A stretch of DNA of 64,000 nucleotides from an uncultured Phascolarctobacterium sp. (GCF_934203365.1 NZ_CAKPZA010000012.1), one strand, 5' to 3'; shown: positions 31,123 to 41,278, counted from the first letter of the stretch. Notes: generated by a model not told the origin, from the letters alone. Numbers and translations: made by a program.

Positions 31123-32075
31123 TGTTCAAAACTCGTAAGATTGTAATCGTCGGCGCAGGTCACGTCGGCTCCCATGTTGCTTTAGCGCTTATCCAATCCG
31201 GTGAAGCAGATGATATTGTACTTATTGATATTCTTAAGGAAAAAGCTGCAGCACAGGCGCTGGATTTGGATGACTGTGTCAGCGGCGCTCTTTGCGGTCA
31301 CGATGCAAAAATCCGCGCCGGTGAATATAGCGAGCTCAATGACGCAGATATTCTAGTAATGGCCTTCGGCCGCAGCCGTCGTCCCGGCGAAACTCGTCTG
31401 GATATGTTTGACGATTCCATCAAGATGGCTAACGAAGTTATCAGCCACCTGAAGCAGGTTGACTTCAAGGGAATTATGATCAGCATTTCCAATCCGGCAG
31501 ATATTATCTGCGAGCATATCCGCCGTCAGATGCAGTGGGATCCGCATCGCTGCTTCTGCACCGGCACCAGCCTGGAAAGCTACCGCCTGCTGCGCGTACT
31601 CAGCGCCGCTACCGGCTACAGCCGCAAATCTATTCAGGCCTTCTGCATGGGCGAGCACGGTAATTCCAGCTTCGTTGTCTGGTCCCGCATCCGCATCGGC
31701 AGCAAGAGCTTTGCCCAGCTGCGCAGAGAACGTCCGGAGCTGGCTGCCCTCAGTCTGGACGATTTACAGCTGCAGGTTAAAAGAGCCGGCGATATTGAGG
31801 TTGACGGCAAAGGCTGCACGGAATTCGGTATTGCCAATGCTGCCTGCATGCTGATTAAGGCTATCTTCCACGACCAAAAGCTCATCTGGCCCTGCTCCAC
31901 CGCTCTCAACGGCGAATACGGTCAGAAGAACGTTGCTGCCGGCGTACCCTGTGTCATCGGCAAGAACGGTATTGAGGAGATTCTTGAACTGAAGCTTACG
32001 GAAGAGGAGCAGGCTAAATTCGCTGCCTCCTGCGACATTCTGCGTGGCTTTTTGGACAGAGCAGGCAGCTTGTAA
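31123..32075 (+). CDS. L-lactate/2-hydroxyacid dehydrogenase (LDH/MDH family)
   Basis: Rossmann IVGAGHVGS. Catalytic-region pattern of the LDH family. The start is the internal ATG at 31123 (GGAGG RBS), not the long ORF that begins at 30822. Confidence 0.8.
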
Positions 32076-32364
32076 GCTTCCGCACCTTCTCTAAGGGGCA
32101 CAACCCTCAGTCATCGCCTACGGCGATGCCAGCTCCCTGACGCTAAGACCCAGTTTGTCGCAAGCTTGCGCTGCGAGAAACTGTTGGTCGTGCTAATGTC
32201 GCTTTGCGACGGCAGGGAGCATATAGAAGTTAAACAGATTTACGAAGTTTAGCCTTCCGCAGGTCTGATATATCTTCCCTGAAAGGGAAGGTGGCTGCGA
32301 GCTTTGCGAGCAGACGGAAGGGTTGCAGCGCGATATTTAATTGCGACGCTCACATGTAAATAAG

Positions 32365-32425
32365 CAAAAAACACCGGCATCCGCCGTACCCCTGGTACGG
32401 CAGACGTCGGTGTTTTCACGTTTTA
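32365..32425. terminator. Long imperfect hairpin with flanking A- and T-tracts, bidirectional terminator between the convergent LDH and OMP genes
   Basis: aaaaaa-caccggcatccgccgtacc...ggtacggcagacgtcggtg-tttt. Confidence 0.5.
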
Positions 32426-32455
32426 GCGTATATTAAACTCTTGCATGCTCTAAGC

Positions 32456-33937
32456 TCAATACTCCCAGCTCAGGCCCACAGCCACCAGCTTACTGGTATC
32501 GTCCCCCAGCTTACCATAGCCAACAGCAGTATGCAGCAGCAAATTCTTCTGCAGGCTCTTGCTGTAGCTCAGCTCCACCTCCTGCAGCCCGCCATCATGC
32601 TGTGCCGTCTGCTGCATATCAGCCCAGGTATAGCTCAGTCCCAGTTTGCCGCCATCTGCCAGATAATGGTTAACCTCCGCATAAACGCGTTTCGCATCTG
32701 CGCCCAGCCAATCGCCCAAAATAGCGTCTTTATACGTCCAGCCATTCTTCAGCACCCAATGGCCATACCAGGCATCATTAGTTTTGGCAGCCTCCACGCG
32801 CAAATCCCAGCTGCCGTCCGGCACCAGCTGTGGGAAGTAAACGCCCACATTATAAGCATTTTCGCAGGGGAAGGCATGCGCCTGGTCCTCGCCATACAGC
32901 GAAGCATAAACCTGCACGCCCGGGAAGCGATACTTAAAATCAAGGCCAGCGATATCGTTCCAATTATCCTTTTCGGCAGCATCAGCATTATCGCCCAGCA
33001 GCCAATGCTTATTAAACTTCTTCAGCATCGACATGCGCTCCAGGCCAATCGTAAACGTATCCGTCGGCATAAAATCCACACGCATGCCGACAAGAGCAGC
33101 GTGGTCCTTTTCCAGCGCCGAACCGGAAGTTGCAACCCTGTTACCCTCCAGCCTGCTGGCAAAGACATTGACATTCGCCTTGCCCAAAAACTTCAACGCA
33201 CCATGCTCAAAGGTGTGCGGCTCCAGCAAATTCAGCTTAATTGCTGTCTGCGGCGTTGCATTGCTGCCAAAGGCCAGCTGTCCTGCGCGCCCTGCACCCC
33301 AGGACATCGGCTGCCTGCCAGCAGTAATCCCCCACACGCCCAAATGCGTTTTGGCGTAGCCTTCAACAAGGCTGGCATCACCATGCTCGTCCTTATCCCA
33401 GCTGAAGCGCGGCGTAATGCCCACAGCCAGGTCCTTGCTCAGGCTGCCGCTGATGTGCAGCGTGCCCACAGCGTTAAAGCCATCGCCATAAAGATAGCCA
33501 TTATTATTGTGGTTCAACAGCTGCCAATGTGCCTTGGCGTTATTATACTTATACGCAGCACTGTCCTGCTGCAAATAGGAAAGGTCAACGCTCGCACCAC
33601 GCAGCTTCACATTATTGATTTTCCCTGCACCCTGCAGGTAAGCAATCTCCTCTGCCAGTCCCTCGCGCATTGCATCCAGCCTGGTCTGCAGGTATGGCGG
33701 CAGCGGCTTGCTCTGGGCAATTGCTTCAGCCTGCAGCACCCATTTGGCCATGTCCAGGCGGCTATAAGGCTTGGTATTGGCAGGCATATCCTGGATATAG
33801 CCCATGCCCTCCAGCTTATCAAGATAACCGTAATAGCTGCTGTCCAGCGGCACGTCAGCCGTAACCAGCGGGCTGGCGGCGGCACAGCTGCAGCCCAAGG
33901 CTGCAGCAATTGCTATAGCACTAAGTAGTTTCTTCAT
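32456..33937 (-). CDS. Outer-membrane beta-barrel protein, Wzi-like (capsule-anchoring lectin/porin candidate)
   Basis: Signal peptide. 493 aa. Alternating amphipathic strands. C-terminal ...LSWEY aromatic terminus typical of OM beta-barrels. N-terminal region resembles Wzi. Sits at the edge of a polysaccharide locus. Confidence 0.5.
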   Translation of the reverse strand: MKKLLSAIAIAAALGCSCAAASPLVTADVPLDSSYYGYLDKLEGMGYIQDMPANTKPYSRLDMAKWVLQAEAIAQSKPLPPYLQTRLDAMREGLAEEIAYLQGAGKINNVKLRGASVDLSYLQQDSAAYKYNNAKAHWQLLNHNNNGYLYGDGFNAVGTLHISGSLSKDLAVGITPRFSWDKDEHGDASLVEGYAKTHLGVWGITAGRQPMSWGAGRAGQLAFGSNATPQTAIKLNLLEPHTFEHGALKFLGKANVNVFASRLEGNRVATSGSALEKDHAALVGMRVDFMPTDTFTIGLERMSMLKKFNKHWLLGDNADAAEKDNWNDIAGLDFKYRFPGVQVYASLYGEDQAHAFPCENAYNVGVYFPQLVPDGSWDLRVEAAKTNDAWYGHWVLKNGWTYKDAILGDWLGADAKRVYAEVNHYLADGGKLGLSYTWADMQQTAQHDGGLQEVELSYSKSLQKNLLLHTAVGYGKLGDDTSKLVAVGLSWEY

Positions 33938-34128
33938 CAGTTAGCATCTCCTATGCTTATAAATTTGTTCATTGCAAGTGTATATTATATCGCTTGCTTA
34001 TCGAAAACAGTCTACAGTAATATATTGTAGCAAACTATATTCTATGTTTCAAGATTATTTTATATGCTGATGGCTAAACCTGTATATCGCAATACCATCT
34101 CGTTTGTATGATTTTTCAGAATTTTCGC

Positions 34129-34157
34129 TTGACTTTCGTTACCCTCTTATTTATACT
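34129..34157 (+). promoter_or_regulatory. Putative sigma-70 promoter (TTGACT-17-TATACT) upstream of the Rpn gene
   Basis: Consensus-like -35 and -10 hexamers with a 17-nt spacer. Confidence 0.35.
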
Positions 34158-34330
34158 TAGCTTAGCTTCACATTTACAACAAAATAAGCAGGGCCTACCA
34201 GCTCATGTCGGTAGTATTTAGCAGTACCTACGGTATCCGAATTTCCCGGATGCTATGTGTACTGCTTTTTTTCTTAAGCACCTCATGTTGTATTTTGCTG
34301 AAGCAAATATTATAATTAAAGGAGGAAACT

Positions 34331-35176
34331 ATGACCAAAAAACTATCCAAAAGCAGTCTTCTGCTGACACAGGAAGAGCTGCAAAAGCACATCTTGGGCA
34401 TGACCTTGTTCAACGACCTGCTTGCCAGAGCTGTTTTAGAGGACAAAGAGGCTTGCGAGCATATCCTGCGTGTTCTCACCGGTATCAAAACACTGGTAAT
34501 CAAAAAGAACAAAACGCAGTATGTCATCAGCAAGCTCTCCTCGCACAACATCATCATGGATGTACTCGCTGAGGATGCCAACAACAAGCTTTATGAAATT
34601 GAAATTCAGAAGGCAGATGGCGGCATTGCACATGAAAAGAGGATGCTTTATTACGCATCAACTATCATCAATGAATACTTTTTTAAGGGTGACCAGACTT
34701 ATGCATCTGTACCCGAGCTGCACATTTTTTATATCAGCCAGACAGATATCTGGAAGCTCGGCAAAACCTGCTACCCAATCTTAAAATTTTTAGGCGATAA
34801 CAATACTCCCTACAATGACGGACTGCATATGTGCTATATCAACGCAGAGGTTGATGATAACAGCAGTATTGCGCAGCTTATGCAATATTTTGCTACCGCC
34901 GACGCAGGTGATTTTAGCCAAGGAAAGCTTTCACAATGTATCAATAATCTTAAAACCACAAAGGAGGGACTCGCAACTATGGATAATTTCAGCAAGCAAA
35001 TTTATGAAGCTGGCATTAATGACGGAAGAGCTGAAGGCAAGGCTGAAGGCAAAGCTGAAAGCATCAAAAATCTTATGTCTACAATGAATGTCTCCATTGA
35101 CCAGGCCATGGATATTTTAAAAACACCACCCGAAGAGCACCAGTACTTCAAAGATCTGTTAGCTAAGGAGCAGTAA
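34331..35176 (+). CDS. Rpn-family recombination-promoting nuclease / PD-(D/E)xK putative transposase (YhgA-like)
   Basis: 281 aa. C-terminal EGxxEG-type repeat GRAEGKAEGKAES, then a helical tail typical of the Rpn/YhgA family. Confidence 0.65.
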   Translation: MTKKLSKSSLLLTQEELQKHILGMTLFNDLLARAVLEDKEACEHILRVLTGIKTLVIKKNKTQYVISKLSSHNIIMDVLAEDANNKLYEIEIQKADGGIAHEKRMLYYASTIINEYFFKGDQTYASVPELHIFYISQTDIWKLGKTCYPILKFLGDNNTPYNDGLHMCYINAEVDDNSSIAQLMQYFATADAGDFSQGKLSQCINNLKTTKEGLATMDNFSKQIYEAGINDGRAEGKAEGKAESIKNLMSTMNVSIDQAMDILKTPPEEHQYFKDLLAKEQ

Positions 35177-35194
35177 GCTCCGCCCGCACAAAAA

Positions 35195-35225
35195 GCGCCT
35201 GCCATTTGGCAAGCGCTTTTTCTAT
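35195..35225 (+). terminator. Rho-independent terminator after rpn; first copy of a duplicated hairpin
   Basis: agcgcctgcca-ttt-tggcaagcgct followed by TTTTT. A near-identical copy lies at 44495-44526. Confidence 0.65.
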
Positions 35226-35256
35226 TGCACGATATTCGAGTATATATTTGCTCTTC

Positions 35257-35820
35257 TTACTCTTTTCTCCAGACCATCTTATTAACCACACCAGTGTAGC
35301 TTTGGATAATCTTCACCACCATAGCAGATACGTTCTCATCTACATAATCAGGCACCGGCTGTCCGTCATCGCCATCAAGGTTCATCTGCACTGCTGTGTC
35401 TACAGCCTGCAGCAGGCTCTTTTCGTCAATGCCTGCAAGCACAAAGCAGCCCTTATCCATTGCTTCCGGGTGCTCCGTAGAGGTGCGGATGCAAACCGCC
35501 GGGAACTGATGTCCCACGCTCGTGAAGAAGCTGCTTTCCTCCGGCAGTGTACCAGAATCAGATACTACAGCAAAGGCGTTCATCTGCAGGCAGTTGTAAT
35601 CATGGAAGCCCAACGGCTCATGCTGAATTACGCGCTTGTCCAGTTCAAAGCCGCTTGCTGCCAGACGGTTGCGGGAACGCGGATGACAGGAATACAGAAT
35701 CGGCATATCGTATTTATCCGCCATTTTGTAGGATTCAGCGATAATATTGCTAATGGTGTCGCCCAAATCGCTGCCTACGACGTTCTGATCCACTTCAGGA
35801 TCTGCCAGCTCCAAATCATG
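35257..35820 (-). pseudogene. C-terminal fragment of UDP-N-acetylglucosamine 2-epimerase (WecB/MnaA family), truncated at an AT-rich junction
   Basis: Matches the C-terminal half only (VVSDSGTLPEE, CIRTSTEHPEA). The first ~23 codons of the called ORF (MTKSIKKYLKRL...) are AT-rich and unrelated. Confidence 0.6.
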
Positions 35821-36013
35821 GAAGAAGACGCCGTTCAGTGTATAATATATAATTAAGCGCTTTAAATACTTTTTAATGCTTTTTGTCAAATTCGCCTAAA
35901 GTACGCTGATAATAAACATAACTATTGCTTGAACGCAAAGAAGAGATCGATTGTTTCATTGAATATAGTGTTATAAGCAAACGACTTGCTAGAATAATTC
36001 ACTTTATAACCCA

Positions 36014-36916
36014 TTATTTCTCAGGCGCATATTTTTGCATTAAACATTGTCCATCAATTAATGCCTTTAAGTCAATAATGTCCACGATATTAAATAAATC
36101 ATTGTAAAAAACGCTCAAATATTGAATCAAATCATCAAAAATAAAATAGCATAGCGTTAATAATAGCTTTATTGCCCCCAAATTAGATTCCTCTAACCCC
36201 GCATCGCTTATTAATGAATTATATCCTTGAAACCCATGAGAGAATGAAGAAAATTGAGAATATAGATTATCATATACTACGCTCCACGCTGCTTGTGATT
36301 CGTATTTAAACAATGTATTACTCAATTGGTAAAAAGAGTTCAATTTAGAATCATATATCTTGTACCATTTATCTATCTTTTTATGTTTATCGCCTTTTCT
36401 ATAGCTTTGATTAATCTTTTCTCTATAACTTTTTCCAAGCAATAAAAAAGGATCGTTTTCATAAAATTTAATTCCGCAATTACGCATTTTCTCTAATTCG
36501 TTTAACTTCATCTCTATATTAACTGATTGAGTACTATTGCTTATTTTTATTTTTCTCTCTATATCAGCAATATAATTCCATGCTACAACATTACGATAAC
36601 ACTGCACTTTAGACGATAGTTTAGCACCATCTATTATAAAAAATAAAAACTGTATATATGATTCATACAGACTTCTAGCTAAAATTTGAGAACTGGATAT
36701 ATTTCCATGCTCTATCAATAACATAATGCTATTGAAATTTTCTTTAATGTCTTCCAAACAACGTAATACATGATGGTAAGATATAGTTCTATCGTTATGT
36801 TTAACAATCTCTTTGATAATGGATTGGAAAGTATCATCAAATACTTTAGACATAAATTTTACATCAGAAATTATATCGCTCTTAAGAAGCCAATTGTTAT
36901 TATACAAACTCTTCAC
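36014..36916 (-). CDS. Hypothetical protein (AT-rich island); possible Abi/HEPN-like (R-x4-H near N-terminus)
   Basis: 300-aa open frame in ~28% GC DNA. No confident homology from sequence alone. Confidence 0.35.
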   Translation of the reverse strand: MKSLYNNNWLLKSDIISDVKFMSKVFDDTFQSIIKEIVKHNDRTISYHHVLRCLEDIKENFNSIMLLIEHGNISSSQILARSLYESYIQFLFFIIDGAKLSSKVQCYRNVVAWNYIADIERKIKISNSTQSVNIEMKLNELEKMRNCGIKFYENDPFLLLGKSYREKINQSYRKGDKHKKIDKWYKIYDSKLNSFYQLSNTLFKYESQAAWSVVYDNLYSQFSSFSHGFQGYNSLISDAGLEESNLGAIKLLLTLCYFIFDDLIQYLSVFYNDLFNIVDIIDLKALIDGQCLMQKYAPEK

Positions 36917-37352
36917 CCCATTTAAGATTATTTACTAGAGGACGTTTACTTACAGCTATCTCAATAACATTATATATGTAATCTATCGATTTATCTACAA
37001 GAAATCTTAAGCATCAAACCAATAACTGTCAAAACACGCTTACACGAAAATGACCGCCAGCGTGAGCCTTATTCTCTGTAGTTTGCTTTGCAGTTTTCTG
37101 TACATTTTTGGATAGCAATTGTTTAACACAACTCTCTTCACCTTCTTAAAGATTCGAAGCTATGATGAGCACATACGCCAGATAGTTAAAGCTTGTTTCT
37201 TTAGCGGTTCCAATTTGACTAAAGACGGTTGCTGCTCCCTAGATATTATAACCGGCTTAACCAAATACTCTGCTATGTCATACAATGTCTTCCACTCTTT
37301 TTAGGGAAATTCTCCTGCTGATATTAGGGAATAATTACGCTTTTTCAGGTAC

Positions 37353-38474
37353 TTATATTGTATCATATACACAAATCTCGTATTTTTTGTCTAATAAAAC
37401 AGGTATATCAGGTATATTTTTTAAAGAGTATTTACGTTTCTCTATTTCAAATGCTCTGTTTATATCATCCCCTTCATTTATACTAAAACCAGAATTTGTT
37501 ATTTTATACGTATCCTTAATTCTATCTAGCACATTAGATGAAATTAAAGGTGAAATAAAAAAATCTTCTGTGTATAAAAACAATATATAATTAATTATTG
37601 TAATTTTCTCATCTAAACGCTTTCCTCTTAACTGTTTAAAAAACCTCTTATATTTTTCATTCTTTTTCTCGACAAACGCCATTATTATAGTTTTGTCTTC
37701 TAAAGGAAAAATACATAAATTCATTGTTTCTATTTTCGTACTAGCCTTAGGACTATATGTCATATTAATTAAATTTCCCTCTAGGTCTACTATTAACGCA
37801 ATCTGTCCCTGATATGCTATAGGCACTGTAAATGGCAATTCTTCATATAAACCCATATAATAATTACTATCACGTAAATTACTAATATGATTTTTGGCGA
37901 TTCTGAAAGAATTGCCTAATTCAGTTAGATCAATTTTTATATTATTTATCTGCTTGCTAGCAATATCAAACCAAAGATCATCATCTCCGTAATTCTTTTG
38001 TATGTACTTATAAGCTTCTTTTTCTATTATTCTCTTACTGATGCTCTTTAAAATGTTTTTTAGATCAATCTCTGCTAACATTTTGCTACTAGGTATTGAT
38101 TTATAGTTTGTAGGATTCTCGTATTCTCTAAATAAACTACTATCACAATCATTACAAATTATATAAAAAACACCAGCTTCAGCTATACCCTTTTCTTCCT
38201 TTTGCAATGGGGATTTTAAAATGGTATTCGCATAATATAATTTGCCGTTTTTTGCAATATTTTTTAATATGAATTGAGGAACTGTATGTGATTTACAAAA
38301 TCCATCACGATGTTTTTTACAATAAAAACACGTATTTAACTTAGCTTGCTCTCTAGCATGCTTAAGAATTTTACCAACTTCCTTTCTCTGTTCTATCGTA
38401 ATTTTATCTTCTTCAAATTCATTAGAAAAACCTAAATCTAATGATACATACATATTACGCCTCCACATATTCAA
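37353..38474 (-). CDS. Hypothetical protein with N-terminal Cys/His cluster (CFYCKKHRDGFCKSHTVP, HNH- or Zn-finger-like)
   Basis: 373-aa ORF in an AT-rich island. Confidence 0.35.
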   Translation of the reverse strand: MNMWRRNMYVSLDLGFSNEFEEDKITIEQRKEVGKILKHAREQAKLNTCFYCKKHRDGFCKSHTVPQFILKNIAKNGKLYYANTILKSPLQKEEKGIAEAGVFYIICNDCDSSLFREYENPTNYKSIPSSKMLAEIDLKNILKSISKRIIEKEAYKYIQKNYGDDDLWFDIASKQINNIKIDLTELGNSFRIAKNHISNLRDSNYYMGLYEELPFTVPIAYQGQIALIVDLEGNLINMTYSPKASTKIETMNLCIFPLEDKTIIMAFVEKKNEKYKRFFKQLRGKRLDEKITIINYILFLYTEDFFISPLISSNVLDRIKDTYKITNSGFSINEGDDINRAFEIEKRKYSLKNIPDIPVLLDKKYEICVYDTI

Positions 38475-38682
38475 TATCTAACTGCTTTTCACCCATCAGC
38501 AATCTAACCTTGCAAAGCAGCTTTTGTATTTTGTCAACCCCAATTCCTCAAAATCAGCAAATAAACTCCCTGTTTCCGTACAAATTTCGTTAAACTTCTT
38601 ATATCATTGTAGAATATAGATAACTATCTTTACTTTAATTGAACGATTTATATTCACATCAATTTTGGCACCTACAGCAAAC

Positions 38683-38716
38683 ACCGCCCTGCGCACATGC
38701 GCCTGGCGGTGTTTTT
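38683..38716 (+). terminator. Hairpin caccgcc...ggcggtg followed by TTTTT
   Basis: Stem-loop with inner gcgcacatgcgc palindrome and a T-run. Lies between the AT-rich island and the ugd remnant. Confidence 0.4.
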
Positions 38717-38732
38717 ACATTTCATTCTTTTC

Positions 38733-39967
38733 TTAGTCTCTTCTGAACAAATCTCTGGTATATACTTTTTCCTGCACATCATCCAGGCAACTGTCATAGC
38801 GGTTAGCAATAATCGCCTGACTTTCAGCCTTGAACTTCTCGAGGTCGTTTACCACAGCACTGCCAAAGAAGGTACTGCCATCCTCCAGCGTAGGTTCGTA
38901 AACAATAACCTTCGCACCTTTGGCCTTAATGCGCTTCATTACTCCCTGAATACTGCTCTGGCGGAAGTTGTCAGAGTTGGATTTCATGGTCAGGCGGTAT
39001 ACGCCGATTACAGGCTCTTTGCCTTCCTTCTGTGCATCATATTCAGCATTTGCTTCATAGCCACCGGCGATTTCCAGCACACGCTCAGCGATGAAGTCTT
39101 TACGCGTTCTGTTGCTTTCAACAATCGCTTCGATGATGTTTGCCGGTACATCTGCATAGTTCGCCAGCAGCTGCTTGGTGTCCTTAGGCAGGCAGTAACC
39201 GCCATAACCAAAGCTGGGGTTGTTATAATGGCTGCCAATACGCGGATCAAGGCAAACGCCGTTGATAATCTGCTGGGTGTCCAGTCCCTTCATTTCTGCA
39301 TATGTATCCAGCTCGTTGAAATAGGAAACGCGCAGTGCCAGATAAGTGTTGCTGAACAGCTTAACAGCCTCTGCCTCAGTGAAGCCCATGAATAAGGTGT
39401 CAATGTTCTCTTTAATTGCGCCCTCCTGCAGCAGGCCGGCAAAGGTATGCGCAGCCTTCACCAAGCGCTCGTCCTCCAGGTCGGTGCCCACGATGATGCG
39501 GCTCGGATACAGGTTATCGTACAGCGCCTTGCTTTCACGCAAGAATTCCGGGCTGAAGATGATGTTCTTGCTACCAGTTTTTTCACGGATGCTTTTGGTG
39601 TAGCCAACGGGAATGGTGGATTTGATTACCATAATCGCATTGGGGTTGTACTGCATAACCAGCTTGATTACTGTTTCTACAGCGCTGGTGTCGAAAAAGT
39701 TCTTTTTGCTGTCGTAGTTAGTCGGTGCAGCGATAATAACAAATTCTGCGTCTTTATAAGCCATTTCTGCATCCAGCGTAGCAACAAGGTTGAGGTCCTT
39801 TTCAGCCAGATATTTTTCAATATAATCATCCTGAATCGGGGAAAGCTTTTTGTTGATCAGTTCAACCTTCTCCGGATAATATCAACGGCCTTTACCTCAT
39901 TGTGCTACGCAAGCAGCGTAGCCAGGGAAAGTCCAACGTAACCGGTACCGGCAACGGCAATTTTCAT
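38733..39967 (-). pseudogene. ugd: UDP-glucose 6-dehydrogenase gene inactivated by a TAG nonsense codon (39905-39907) and a 1-nt deletion (~39872-39875)
   Basis: Manual translation from ATG 39967 gives [30 protein letters not shown]. The frame then shifts −1 into [45 protein letters not shown], which continues as the called ORF 38733..39764. Confidence 0.75.
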
Positions 39968-39994
39968 GTTCATCATACTCTTTTGTTTATATAA

Positions 39995-41060
39995 TCAGCA
40001 GTTATAAAATTTCTTGTACCATTCAGCAAATTTGCGCAAGCCTTCGCGCAGCGGTGTGCTCGGTTTAAAGCCAAAGTCGCGCTCCAGCGGTGATGTGTCT
40101 GCATAGGTTACAGGCACATCACCGGGCTGCATGGGTACAAGCTTTTTGTGTGCTTCGAAGTCATAATCAGCAGGCAGTACTCCTGCGCGCAGCAGCTCTT
40201 CCTGCAGGATGGTCACAAAGTCCAGCAGGTTTTCGGGATGGCTGTTGCCAATGTTATATACCTTATACGGCGGCAAGGGCAGTCCGTCCTCGCCCACCTT
40301 GCGCTCAGGCGGTGCCTGCATTACGCGCTTTACGCCTTCTACGATATCGTCAACGTAGGTAAAGTCGCGCTTGCAATTGCCGTAGTTAAAGATTTCAATG
40401 GTTTTGCCTGCCAGCAGCTTGTTGGTGAAGCCAAAGTAGGCCATGTCCGGGCGGCCTGCAGGACCATATACGGTGAAGAAGCGCAGTCCGGTTGAAGGAA
40501 TGTTGTACAGTTTGCTGTAGGCATGTGCCAGCAGCTCGTTGGATTTTTTAGTTGCTGCATACAGCGATACAGGGTTATCTACCTTGTCATCAGTAGAATA
40601 CGGCACTTTTTTGTTGGAGCCATATACGCTGGAGCTGGAAGCATATACAAGATGCTCTACGCCCTTGGCTCCGTTGTCATAGGAGTGGCGGCAGGCTTCC
40701 AGTATGTTGTAAAAGCCAATAAGGTTACTTTCGATGTAGGCATCCTGGTTGGTGATGGAATAGCGCACGCCTGCCTGTGCTGCCAGGTTTACTACTATTT
40801 CAGGCTTGTAGTCGGCAAAGATTTTGTCGATGAGTGCTTTGTCAGCCAGGTTGCCTTTGATGAAGGTACACTAGGAGTCGCTGTGCTCGGCAGCGCTGGC
40901 AGCAATCTGCTACAGACGGTATTCCTTGATGGATACGTCGTAGTAGTCGTTCATGTTGTCCAGACCGATGATTTGCACCAGTGACATGGAGCGCAAAAGC
41001 TCCAGAACAAGGTTGCTGCCGATGAAGCCGGCGGCACCGGTTACTAAGATTGTTTGCATG
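39995..41060 (-). pseudogene. NAD-dependent epimerase (UDP-glucuronate 4-epimerase-like) with two in-frame TAG codons (40900-40902, 40861-40863)
   Basis: Manual translation from ATG 41060: MQTILVTGAAGFIGSNLVLELLRSMSLVQIIGLDNMNDYYDVSIKEYRL*QIAASAAEHSDS*CTFIKGNLADKALIDKIFADYKPEIVVNLAAQAGVRYSITNQ..., continuing in-frame into ORF 39995..40768. Confidence 0.7.
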
Positions 41061-41278
41061 ATATACATATCTCCTTACACGAGCATAATAGTATGCTATA
41101 TTATAACACAGTTTAATAAAAATTGCTTAAATGCTTTGTGAAAATTCATTTAAAAACATTGATAATTCAGGCTTGTACTTGAATTTAATCTCAAGAAAGT
41201 CAAGAAAGCTAATGTAATTCTGATAAAAGCATCACCTTTAATCGCTATACTGTTAATAAGAATAACTTCCAGAAAAAA

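Noticed and set aside
32441-33928. 495-aa plus-strand ORF mirroring the OMP gene
   Set aside because: The minus-strand product has a signal peptide, beta-strand periodicity and a C-terminal aromatic residue. The plus-strand product is a low-complexity Gln/Leu/Ala-rich shadow.
38733-41060. Possibility that in-frame TAG codons reflect amber reassignment or suppression
   Set aside because: TAG terminates the alpha/beta-hydrolase gene at a normal length. The same genes also carry a frameshift. Core genes use TAA/TGA/TAG normally. Decay is more parsimonious.
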